A stretch of 64,000 bases of DNA from assembly GCF_001194135.2 (NCBI RefSeq), contig NC_068982.1, forward strand, positions 172,523,590-172,587,589. Direction: 5' to 3'. A program made the position numbers and the translations under genes. Origin of the DNA: Octopus bimaculoides. Lineage: Eukaryota. The notes below the pieces were generated by a model. That model was not told the origin of the DNA and did no database searches. It worked only from the letters and a program-made list of their open reading frames with translations. Each line of letters starts with the position of its first letter. Position 1 is the first letter of the stretch. This document shows, piece after piece, positions 63,283-64,000 of this stretch.

Positions 63283-64000
63283 ATGACTGTGTGAGAAACT
63301 GCATTTTAAAGAAATTATAACTTACAATTAATGATATGAAAAACCTTGTTATTTCTGTTACCATCATTGTAGGAGGTGTATCTACTAATGTTTTTGTATG
63401 TGCAGATACATATTGGTGCACACACATGCATGTGATACATGGTAGTTTCATTCTAGTGTGAATTGCAGGCCTAATTATGCCAAGAATGTACTCAACAGGG
63501 ATAGGTACAAGGGAATTTCATTTATGTGTGAGTGTGTATTTAGGTTTTTACTGGATTTGTGACCACTTCAACCGGACAGTTAAGTATCAAAGGCCACAAA
63601 AGAACTGCCGCAATCAAATGCTTGTCCAATGTTGTTGAAAAAAGCTCAATGTAGATATGGGCAAAGAGAAATGATCAATAGATCAAGTTATAGATTCCAT
63701 TGGTTATTTATAGGAAATATAAGGAAGAAGAGAACTGATTACTTTGATGATCAGTGTGGCATAGTAGTTGGAAACACAGACCTAGGAACACAAGATCACA
63801 AAAAGAATGGCCCAGTTTTGAATCCCACTGGAGACAGAATTTTGTAAAGCAACAGGAGGATACTTAGGTGTCATGACTTGGGTGGGTCCGGCTCCTGTAG
63901 AGTGTCAGGAATAAGGGCCAAAACATTTGCTGGATGGAAGTTCTTCCTCTGAAGATCTCTCCTGCTGTGAACTCACCTTGTGGCGAGTTTCAGATATATT

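Overview
This is repeat-dense, AT-rich animal genomic DNA, most consistent with an octopus draft assembly. That assignment is an inference from the SINE families and the very high microsatellite density. About 21 N-gaps total roughly 6.3 kb. I found no host protein-coding exon, RNA gene or CRISPR array that I can support, and nearly all ORF-track entries are microsatellite, gap or SINE artefacts. The window holds three main classes of repeat. (1) More than 40 copies or fragments of tRNA-derived SINEs from several families. (2) Dead LINE fragments: RTE, CR1-group and two R4/Dong-like ends. (3) DNA transposon remnants: a DD37D (maT) transposase fragment, several MITEs, plus a probable solo LTR. 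The strongest unexplained signal is compositional. SINE copies left of ~50.5 kb keep their CpGs, while old copies to the right have lost nearly all of them by CG>TG/CA change. This looks like the edge of a germline-methylated gene body, and a CpG-rich promoter-like patch sits at the boundary. Other notable items are a LINE 3' end fused to a higher-order minisatellite, two stacked R4/Dong ends, an intact C2H2 finger in an RTE tail, nested insertions in a SINE's internal microsatellite, and several near-perfect hairpins. I did not find convincing evidence of a new gene system.
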